From positions 2,108,001 through 2,153,050 of the forward strand of contig AP026126.1 of the NCBI GenBank assembly GCA_030295235.1: DNA of 45,050 bases, in the 5' to 3' direction. The DNA is from Fistulifera solaris (Eukaryota). Positions 34,783 through 44,890 of the stretch are shown here, piece after piece (position 1 is the stretch's first letter; each line of letters begins with the position of its first letter). A program made the translations under genes and the position numbers. The notes under the pieces are model-generated. The model did not search any database, was not told where the DNA came from, and saw only the letters and a program-made list of their open reading frames with translations.

Positions 34783-35882
34783 CACTAAATCAGCAATAGT
34801 AGGAAACTGAGGATATACATGATACATTGCGTTGTTAGCTGTTTGAAAACTTACTTATGGCCTACACTAACTTATTTTTGCGTTGGGATACTGTTGCGCA
34901 AGCACGATTTATACTATTGTAGATTATGACTGAAAGGTCGCCATGACACTTATGTTGAAATTCCAGTCATAAACACGGCGAAGATTCTTCGACTTGGCGT
35001 TAGCATTCTCATTCTTATGAGTAAGTCGTCTCTTTCGTTCAATAAAGAGAGTCCTAAATGTTTGCACGCTAAGTTGTCGAAATTTGGGAGGACACCGCCC
35101 GTAACTATTAATTCGAAATCTGGGAAAAAATTTCACTTGTAGTTGCTGCTCAAATAGAAAAAGATTGTATCACTTTTTGTTCCAGCTGAGCTGACATTAG
35201 CCACCGACAGGCTTGTTTACCTTATTCTGCCATTTCTAGTGAAGAGTAATTATTTTCAATGGCGATCTCACCCAACAACGTTGCGCAACAGGAAGTTTAC
35301 CTGAGATTTAGCCTATAAAATAAAATAGACTCTTTCTCGTAATTAGGATGCCTTTCATAGACCTTTGAATTTCAGATATTATGAACATCATGATGTTGTG
35401 TGATGTTGATGAGAAGAGTAATAAAGCAAGATCGTGGTCGCAGATGAGAGCCGTTAAAAGTTAAGGACCGACTGGATGGCGCCTCTTCTCTCTTCTCCCA
35501 TCCTACTTTGTACAAAGTACTGTGGCACTGTTAGTGTATTTCTCGTTTCGGGATTGCAATGTTTTCATTGGCCGACTTGATTCAAGTTGTCATCGTCTTT
35601 TCTGACTTGAGGCCTTGTGAGCAGCTGGTTTTCGCTACAGCAACTCCGATCGGCATTCGGAAAGTACATATCATTGCAGAGTCTACCGACGACCACAGAA
35701 AACCGCAGAAGATGATTTCGGATTTCCGCTCGTCTCCGTCAACACCATCCGAAGTGCAAACCGAGTCGAAATCGAAGTCATTCATTCCATCAACATTATT
35801 TCTCTATTTATTTAAGGGAACAAAGCCGTGGAAGTGAAATATAACATCAACAGTTGACTTGAATTAGCATTATTGATAGAAA

Positions 35883-38800
35883 ATGCCTGTTATGACCGAG
35901 CAGACGCGTCTTTTGCCGTCTTCGATAAGTTCTGCTTCGTTGGAGTTGGAAAAGAGTCGCAGCGACGACGCGCGCAAAGCAGACAACAAGAGTCGTTATG
36001 CCGTTCCTGCTACTCTACTTTTAGTTATTATCATAACGGTAATTAGCTTTGCGAACACTTCAGTGCGAAAAGTATTCAATATACCGTCTCAAGAGGAACA
36101 AGACTGGCATGCGCCGTTATCAACAAAAAGATCCTGTTCGCGATTTAGGATTGTATGATTTCGATAGACCAGAAGGTTCAAAGCCTCCTTTTGAACACGA
36201 TGCGAATCAAGCCTCTCCACCAACGCTTGGTATCTCAATTTGATGCTTGGAGGAGATCAGCCCGGTAGCATGCAACGCGCATACACTATTCCTTACGTAC
36301 TGGATGTCGTTGGCCCGATTCCGGGCGTTCGAGTTCATCAAATCACGTCGATGGCTCATCTACGGAGGTCCATGTCGATATGATCGATCAAAATGGATTG
36401 ACGCTGGGTGCTATCTCTCCAAACAACAACAAGAAGACAGATTTGTCGTACAAAATCCTTGAAATGACGCCTCTTGGAATCACTTTACAGTGGGTACGTT
36501 CGCTTTATCGTTTTCTATTATACAAGCTTTCGTATCGACAATCATTCTCACATTATTTGTACCATTGATAGCGCCAATTTGACATGTTTTCTTCCTTGGT
36601 TCGAGGTATGCCTTACGCCACCATGACATACGATATGACTTCGACCGAGCATGTATTGTACCCAACCGTTGCGTCTGAAATCAGTCTCGCAAGCGACCCG
36701 ATTATTGACGGAAAAACATCGATGCATTGCGATTCAAATGACCCTAAACCAATGCGGGTAGAGAAAGAAATCGAACTCTTTTTTTCATGAAAGCGATTTT
36801 ACCTGGCTTGTCTTTGTTTCAAAGCCTGTCGACGTTCAATGCGTGCTTTTGTCCGATGGAGGAATGCAATTACAAGTTATAGATGCTGAAGAGGAATTCA
36901 TCATGCGTGTTGCCATCGAAAAACTTTGTACCTCAAACCAAAATCCAATCTATTGTCATCAGGAGCAGATGGATCCGCTAGCTCTGCATATCGGACAAGG
37001 GCGATACTTTGACTTGATTAGGGCTGCAGCGCCGGTCTATCCAGGCCGCAATACTTCAGTTAAGCATTCCGTCAATAAAAGGATGATCTCGTCACAGTCT
37101 TCGACTGGGATGCAGCTCTTATGCGACATGATAATGTCAATTCGACAATTGATGACCTATTGGTCTTTGCGCTACCTCATCACGCTGACGTTCTCGTCGA
37201 TGTTACACCGTTTCCTGAGAAGTACTGTGCTCATTCGTTGATAGGACCAGCTTGTCTTGTCAAGGGCAGCACCTGGAAGATGATTGATCAAATGTTGCCA
37301 GTTGGATTCCGCGCTCCCCGTCCGATCAGTTCAGAATATCTTCCGATGTTGTTGGGAAGTTTACAGGAAGATCTGCGTTTTCGTTTGCCCAAAATTTATC
37401 GAGAAGGATATGGTGATACATATTTCTCGGGGAAAATGCTGGCCAAGCTGGCTCGGATCTGTATGGTGGCGGAAGAAGTACGAGAACTGTGCAAAGAGAC
37501 GTCATGTGACACGCCGCCCTCCGACGAAGACATTCAAGCAGCTGTCCACGAGCTGAAACACTCGGTCGAGATTTGGATTAACGGAAATGCGGGCACACCA
37601 TTTGTCTATGACGCATCATGGGGTGGCGTCGTAAGTTGTGGTTGCGAATACAATAAAGGATCATGCGTCAACGAAGTCCCTAACTGTCCGGCTTTCTATG
37701 ACCCTGGCTTGAATTTTGGCAATGCATACTATGTAAGTACAGTTAAGCTTGCTTCTTGGTCCCTTTCTGTAATCTTTTACCTGAACTCAAAATATATGTT
37801 GTATAGAATGACATGCATTTCCATTATGGATATCACATTTATGGAGCTGCCGCTGTGGCTCATTTTGATCCGGCTTGGGGCCGACAATTTTTCGAGCAGG
37901 TATTGCTGCTAGTTCGAAACATTGCCAACCCATCGCAAAAAGACAAATATTTTACTCAATGGCGCCACAAAGATTGGTATCAGGGACACTCTTGGGCGAG
38001 TGGAATTGCAACAACTCCAAGCAATGGTCGAAATCAGGAGTCTTCGAGTGAAGCGATAATGGCCTATGAAGCCGTGACATTGTACGGAATGGAAATGGTA
38101 CGTTTCTACAATCGAGCAGTATGCTTTTGTGATTGAGTAACTGAACAAATTACTTCTTCGATTTCAGTCTAAAGCGTGGAAAGAAGTTGGTGCTATGCGA
38201 GAAACATCCACAGCCAAAAGAGTGGAGGAGACCGGGATGTTTCTTACCGCCTCGGAAGTGCGGTCGGCTCGCAAATACTGGCACGTCGAACCAATTCAAA
38301 AGGACAAGTCAAAATCTTTCCCGCAGTATACCAGGCTCATGTCGTCGGAATATTGTGGCAGACTATGGCGCAACTGCAGACGTGGTTCGGAAACTTTCCA
38401 TATCTAGCCTATGGGATCCAGTTATTACCCATTACTCCCATTTCCGAGAGCCGCGACTCTTTAGCCTGGCTTGAATCTATGTATGCAACACTCGCCGAAA
38501 GCTGCGAAAGTAGAACTGATTGTACCGAATCTGGATGGAAAATACTGCAGATTGCTGCGTTAGCTTCTGTCGGCTACAGAGAAAAAGCAGCTGAACAGGC
38601 TGTCGGACTCGTACCCGAAGTATTTGAAGATCCTGGGGGCAACGGTCACTCGCTGTCAAACACTTTGTGGTACATTGCAACTCGACCTATTGTTGCCAAT
38701 CCCATTCCTTTGAATGAAACAAAGTCCAAGCAGTCGAATGCTGGGCCGAAAGCACCGTCCCTTGAGCCTGATTTGAATTTTTGCGGCAAACCTTCCACCT

Positions 38801-39387
38801 GCACCGATTATGTGCTTGACACTATTGCTGATCAATACTCTTGTCGTCAACGAATCAGTTGGCTGGTTAACAGTGGCTCGCCTGTTGATAAGGCATGTGT
38901 ACAGGTGGGGTCACTTGAATTCCCACGACAATGTGGCTTGTGCGATCCATTATCGGAAACGAAACCGGATCAGATGTCGGCTGCAACCTGCCCACCGTGT
39001 ACAGCTGAGGAATGCCAGAGTAGCTTGAATAGATGCCCTTTGTACAAGCATACGTATGTTTGCTCTGACGGAAAAAATTATGGCGGTTGCTCTCCATTTC
39101 CGTGGGCTTTGGAAGACGGGATTTGCAGTACTTGTTGCGAGCTCACACATTGTCCGAGATATGAAGAAACGGCAAGGGTGAAGGGTAACCTTTTCGATGA
39201 TAAGAACTGCTCACGATGCTCAAAGACGGACTGTCGCCGGGCTCACACTCAATGTCCATCGCACATGGCAACTCCGTATCTTTGCTTGAGAGGACCAAGT
39301 TTTGGAGGCTGTTCTAAACAAGGCTGGAAATTGTCTAGCGACACTTGTTTGGAGTGCTGCCAAGCTAGCGAGGACTGCAACGATTAA
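35883..39387 (+). CDS. GH81 endo-1,3(4)-beta-glucanase, N-terminal membrane anchor, C-terminal Cys-rich modules; 3 introns, several frameshifts
   Basis: LVRGMPYATM, DTYFSGKMLAKLAR, YDASWGG, NFGNAYY|NDMHFHYGY, HSWASG, catalytic NQESSSEA, YGIQLLP. Introns 36494-36571, 37733-37806 and 38098-38167; frameshifts near 36125, 36225-36350, 36785, 37080 and 38305. Confidence 0.9.
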
Positions 39388-39856
39388 TTTGGAAAAACGG
39401 TTACGGACAATTGAGACTAGCTCACTAATTTTTATAACACATTGGCTGTTGAACACACCTTCTTGATTCTTTCCTATCATTGCTATTTCGACGGGCATGT
39501 TTCTGCAATTCAGCATGACTGGGAAAAGTAGGTTGATTGCTAAGACTCCACAATTATCATTATTTCACAATATTGCCACAAGACCTGAGGGCAAATGGCG
39601 AATGCCAAAGATTGTTTTTTCGCATTTACCTAATTATTCCTAAGGATTTGGACTTTTGTATGGGCTTAAGGGTAGGGTACCCCTTCTCTGACCCCCTTCT
39701 TCACGTTTTGACCCCCTCCGTCATCTCCGACCAAAACAGACACGGCAACAAAAATTTTACACTATACCAGGTACAAATTCGAAAAAAAGTAGTGACCCCC
39801 AAACTTTCTACTCAACAAATGCACCGTCGAAACATTTTTTTCTTGAAAGCGAATTC

Positions 39857-40389
39857 ATGTCTCTTTGCACGCAAGCCTTTGGACCCAAATCTGTTTGCGA
39901 TGAGCCTACCATTCACACATTTGGCAACAGCAACAACGGTACACAGGTTCAAGAACTTCGAGGAGATGTTTCAGCCTATGGCTTTTGGAATGAGAGGCGA
40001 AACGACCATTTCGATGTCCGAGTTACTGACACCGGCAGCACCGTCATACAGAAACCGTGTCCCGATTAAGGTTCTGGCTTCTCAAGAGCGTGAAAAGCGT
40101 AGCATATCACGGACCCCCTTGCCACGAGCGCAGGCGAGACTTCACTCCCCTGGTCTTTTCCATTGACGGAATGATGGGACAACAGGCTATTTCAGCATCG
40201 AGACAGCTTGCAAGAAAACTTCAGCGGAAGTGGCTTCATCCGAGCGCATGAGTCTTTCCCTGGTCAGGTCAGTTAGTATGATTCTGCGAAATCCAAGAGA
40301 AGGAATGCCAAAACGGAATCCCCCTCATTGGGAAACAGGCTCGGGACTGGCCCTCTACTAGCGCACTAAGGCTAGAGAGTTAGAACCAA
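39857..40389 (+). mobile_element. Degenerate 3' fragment of a CRE-like non-LTR retrotransposon (RLE domain)
   Basis: Across frameshifts reads DEPTI..ELRGDVSAYGFW..FDVRVTDT..PSYRNR.P.KVLASQEREKR..RRRDFTPLVFSIDGMMG..RMSLSLVRSVSMILR..WETGSGLALY, with stop at 40359-40361. Confidence 0.85.
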
Positions 40390-42040
40390 ATGTTGCAATA
40401 GTCGGACATGTTGCAATAGTCGGGAAGTGTGCAATAGTCGGGAAGTGTGCAATAGTCGGGAAGTGTGCAATAGTCGGGAAGTGTGCAATAGTCGGGAAGT
40501 GTGCAATAGTCGGGAAGTGTGCAATAGTCGGGAAGTGTGCAATAGTCGGGAAGTGTGCAATAGTCGGGAAGTGTGCAATAGTCGGGAAGTGTGCAATAGT
40601 CGGGAAGTGTGCAATAGTCGGGAAGTGTGCAATAGTCGGGAAGTGTGCAATAGTCGGGAAGTGTGCAATAGTCGGGAAGTGTGCAATAGTCGGGAAGTGT
40701 GCAATAGTCGGGAAGTGTGCAATAGTCGGGAAGTGTGCAATAGTCGGGAAGTGTGCAATAGTCGGGAAGTGTGCAATAGTCGGGAAGTGTGCAATAGTCG
40801 GGAAGTGTGCAATAGTCGGGAAGTGTGCAATAGTCGGGAAGTGTGCAATAGTCGGGAAGTGTGCAATAGTCGGGAAGTGTGCAATAGTCGGGAAGTGTGC
40901 AATAGTCGGAAGTGTGCAATAGTCGGGAAGTGTGCAATAGTCGGGAAGTGTGCAATAGTCGGGAAGTGTGCAATAGTCGGGAAGTGTGCAATAGTCGGGA
41001 AGTGTGCAATAGTCGGGAAGTGTGCAATAGTCGGGAAGTGTGCAATAGTCGGGAAGTGTGCAATAGTCGGGAAGTGTGCAATAGTCGGGAAGTGTGCAAT
41101 AGTCGGGAAGTGTGCAATAGTCGGGAAGTGTGCAATAGTCGGGAAGTGTGCAATAGTCGGGAAGTGTGCAATAGTCGGGAAGTGTGCAATAGTGGGAAGT
41201 GTGCAATAGTCGGGAAGTGTGCAATAGTCGGGAAGTGTGCAATAGTCGGGAAGTGTGCAATAGTCGGGAAGTGTGCAATAGTCGGGAAGTGTGCAATAGT
41301 TGGAAGTGTGCAATAGTCGGGAAGTGTGCAATAGTCGGGAAGTGTGCAATAGTCGGGAAGTGTGCAATAGTGGGAAGTGTGCAATAGTCGGGAAGTGTGC
41401 AATAGTCGGGAAGTGTGCAATAGTGGGAAGTGTGCAATAGTGGGAAGTGTGCAATAGTGGGAAGTGTGCAATAGTCGGGAAGTGTGCAATAGTCGGGAAG
41501 TGTGCAATAGTGGGAAGTGTGCAATAGTCGGGAAGTGTGCAATAGTCGGGAAGTGTGCAATGGTCGGGAAGTGTGCAATAGTGGGAAGTGTGCAATAGTC
41601 GGGAAGTGTGCAATAGTCGGGAAGTGTGCAATGGTCGGGAAGTGTGCAATAGTGGGAAGTGTGCAATAGTCGGGAAGTGTGCAATAGTCGGGAAGTGTGC
41701 AATAGTGGGAAGTGTGCAAAAGTTGGAAGTGTGCAATAGTGGGAAGTGTGCAATAGTGGGAAGTGTGCAATAGTGGGAAGTGTGCAATAGTGGGAAGTGT
41801 GCAATAGTTGGAAGTGTGCAATAGTGGGAAGTGTGCAATAGTGGGAAGTGTGCAATAGTGGGAAGTGTGCAATAGTGGGAAGTGTGCAATAGTGGGAAGT
41901 GTGCAATAGTGGGAAGTGTGCAATGGTCGGGAAGTGTGCAATAGTGGGAAGTGTGCAATAGTGGGAAGTGTGCAATAGTGGGAAGTGTGCAATAGTGGGA
42001 AGTGTGCAATAGTCGGAGGTGTGCAATAGTCGGAAGTGTG
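40390..42040 (+). repeat. Subtelomeric satellite A block 1: 18-bp AGTGTGCAATAGTCGGGA and 17-bp AGTGTGCAATAGTGGGA, about 90 units
   Basis: Directly visible tandem array. Confidence 0.98.
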
Positions 42041-42524
42041 CTCACTTCTCACTTCTCACATCTCACATCTCACTTCTCACATCTCACTTCTCACATCTCA
42101 CATCTCACTTCTCACATCTCACATCTCATCTCACTTCTCACTTCTCACATTACACTTCTCACATCTCACTTCTCACTTCTCACTTCTCACATCTCACTTC
42201 TCACATCTCACTTCTCACATCTCACTTCTCACTTCTCACTTAACACCTCACTTCTCACTTCTCACTTCTCACATCTCACTTCTCACTTCTCACATCTCAC
42301 TTCTCACATTACACTTCTCACATCTCACTTCTCACTTCTCACTTCTCACATCTCACTTCTCACATCTCACTTCTCACATCTCACTTCTCACTTTTCACAT
42401 CTCACTTCTCACATCTCACTTCTCACATCTCACTTTTAATTTTCACATCTCACTTCTCACTTCTCACTTCTCACTTCTCACATCTCACTTCTCACTTTTC
42501 ACATCTCACTTCTCACTTCTCACT
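42041..42524 (+). repeat. Satellite B block 1: 7-bp CTCACTT/CTCACAT
   Basis: Directly visible tandem heptamer array. Confidence 0.98.
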
Positions 42525-43029
42525 GGAAGTGTGCAATAGTCGGAAGTGTGCTATAGTCAGAAGTGTGCAATAGTCAGAAGTGTGCAATAGTCGGGAAGTG
42601 TGCAATGGTCGGGAAGTGTGCAATAGTCTGAAGTGTGCAATAGTGGGAAGTGTGCAATAGTTGGAAGTGTGCAATAGTGGGAAGTGTGCAATAGTGGGAA
42701 GTGTGCAATGGTCGGGAAGTGTGCAATAGTCAGAAGTGAGCAATAGTTGGAACTGTGCCATAGTGGGAAGTGTGCAATAGTCAGAAGTGAGCAATAGTTG
42801 GAACTGTGCCATAGTGGGAAGTGTGCAATAGTCAGAAGTGAGCAATAGTGAACTGTGCCATGGTCGGGAAGTGTGCAATAGTCGGAAGTGTGCAATAGTC
42901 AGAAGTGTGCAATGGTCGGGAAGTGTGCCATAGTTGGAAGTGTGCAATAGTGGGAAGTGTGCAATGGTGGGAAGTGTGCAATAGTGGGAAGTGTGCAATA
43001 GTGGGAAGTGTGCAATAGTGGGAAGTGTG
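42525..43029 (+). repeat. Satellite A block 2 (more diverged 17/18-bp units)
   Basis: Variants GTCAGAAGTGAGC and GAACTGTGCCAT among canonical units. Confidence 0.97.
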
Positions 43030-43329
43030 CTCACTTCTCACTTCTCACATCTCACATCTCACTTCTCACATCTCACTTCTCACATCTCACTTCTCACATT
43101 TCACTTCTCACATCTCACTTCTCACTTCTCACTTCTAAAATCTCACATCTCACTTCTCACTTCTCACTTCTCACATCTCACTTCTCACTTCTCACATCTC
43201 ACTTCTCACATCTCACTTCTCACATCTCACTTCTCACTACTCACTTTTTAATTTTCACATCTCACTTCTCACTTCTCACTTCTCACATCTCACTTCTCAC
43301 TTTTCACATCTCACTTCTCACTTCTCACT
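43030..43329 (+). repeat. Satellite B block 2
   Basis: CTCACWT tandem array. Confidence 0.97.
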
Positions 43330-43406
43330 GGAAGTGTGCAATAGTTGGAAGTGTGCTATAGTCAGAAGTGTGCAATAGTCAGAAGTGTGCAATAGTCGGA
43401 AGTGTG
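43330..43406 (+). repeat. Satellite A block 3 (about 4.5 units)
   Basis: GGAAGTGTGCAATAGT-type units. Confidence 0.95.
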
Positions 43407-43859
43407 CTAACTTTTACTTTTCACTTTTCACTTCTCACATTACACTTCTCACATCTCACTTCTCACATCTCACTTCTCACTTTTACTTCTCACATCTCAC
43501 TTCTCACATCTCACTTCTCACTTCTCACTTCTCACATCTCACTTCTCACATCTCACTTCTCACTTCTCACTTCTCACATCTCACATCTCACTTCTCACTT
43601 CTCACATCTCACTTCTCACATCTCACATCTCACATCTCACTTCTCACATCTCACTTCTCACTTCTCACTTCTCACATCTCACTTCTCACATCTCACTTCT
43701 TACTTTTCACATCTCACATCTCACTTCTCACTTCTCACTTCTCACATCTCACTTCTCACATCTCACTTCTCACTTCTCACATCTCACTTCTCACTTCTCA
43801 GATCTCACATCTCACATCTCACATCTCACTTCTCACATCTCACTTCTCACTTCTCACTT
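43407..43859 (+). repeat. Satellite B block 3
   Basis: CTCACWT tandem array ending at the internal telomere tract. Confidence 0.97.
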
Positions 43860-43888
43860 AGGGTTGGGGTTAGGGTTAGGGTTAGGGT
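43858..43888 (+). repeat. Interstitial telomeric tract (5 units, one TTGGGG variant)
   Basis: TTAGGG TTGGGG TTAGGG TTAGGG TTAGGG T. Confidence 0.95.
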
Positions 43889-44890
43889 GGAAAAAACGCA
43901 GCTATAGGAAGAAATTAAGCTAGAACTACGAAAACCAGCCTGTTGAGACCTGTGGGGTGATGGGGAAGATGCAATGAGAATGATGCAGCCAGAAATGCAA
44001 GTGGCAGGTTGCACAAGAGAAGAATGGACTCCAGATGGGAGAGCAGCAGCTCTAATAGAGCAAAAGACCTGAGCCATCCCAGGTGGGTCTATCGCCTTGA
44101 GGAGGGGCTCCATCCCTCGGTCTTGGCGCAGCAACATGCTGACAGACCCGGACCAGTGAGAGACTCAGAGGCGATCGTACAAATCCACACGGTGAAATCA
44201 CGATCGCCCCACTTCTGGACAGGCAGCTGAGCCGAAGGCGTCCTTGAGAGCGGCCGTGGCTTGCTCACCATCAACCCATCCACAGAAAAGACAAGTGGAG
44301 TAAAGTCTAGGTCGGCGTGCCCTGCAGAACTCTTCATAGAGGTCCCGCTTCTCACGCTCCTGCTTGGCAAGGACTTTAAAGGGGTCCTGGCCCGAATGGG
44401 ATGGGGCATCGGTGTCCGTGACTTCCGGGGCGTCGAAGATGGTGGTCTTACCCGGGTCCAGAACCCATGGGTAGAGATGTCTCCACGCAACTCCGAAGCT
44501 TCTGCGTCTAAGCCAACAGCTGGTGTGTCGCGATAGGTGTTGATTTTGGGTTCATCGCGAACCGCACCGGGGCTGAATGCCGCAATGGCATGAGGGACAT
44601 GACTTCCATTTTCAGGTCATCATGTCGCATCGTTACCAGTCCACCCTTCTTGCCGCGTTTGGGAGTGCGCTGAGAGTGAAGGGTTTGCCACACCATCACA
44701 GGTGACTGGTAGCAGCGGTCACTGGGAGACCGATGGGATGCGGACACTGTCCTTGGAACTCATCGCGGGAAAGGTCCGTACCGTTCAGGGTCTGGGGAAG
44801 GACAGAAAGCCAGAGACCCGTGTGTCTGGCTTTAAGGAAGGCAACGAGTTTCTCGCGGGCCCTCCTACTGACAGATCTGCTGGAGCTGGG
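43889..44890 (-). mobile_element. 5'-truncated CRE-like non-LTR retrotransposon (Zn-knuckle region, RLE, 3' UTR) flanked by telomeric repeats on both sides
   Basis: Across frameshifts the minus strand reads TGLWLSVLPQTLNGTDLSRDEF..CDG..KKGGLVTMRHDDLK..AVRDEPKI..ELRGDISTHGFW..VTDTDAPS..DPFKVLAKQEREKR..DFTPLVFSVDGLM..WDGSGLLLY, with stop at 44054-44052. About 163 nt of 3' UTR then runs into ACCCTAACCCTAA. Confidence 0.9.

Noticed and set aside
34800..35880. Possible gene or RNA between UBP14 and GH81
   Set aside because: Only short motif-less ORFs; no tRNA or rRNA signature recognised here or elsewhere in the window.
39537..40166. 209-aa ORF as a host gene
   Set aside because: It is a chance read-through of boundary sequence into a partly in-frame retroelement relic.
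40390..43859. CRISPR-like array
   Set aside because: Units are head-to-tail with no unique spacers, there are no cas genes, and the context is eukaryotic.
42041..43859. CTCACTT as an alternative telomere repeat
   Set aside because: Its purine-rich strand points away from the end, and canonical TTAGGG caps the chromosome.
40358..43907. Long repetitive ORFs (PTIAHF, CNSREV, LTSHFS)
   Set aside because: They are translations of stop-free satellites, open in several frames on both strands, with no evidence of coding.
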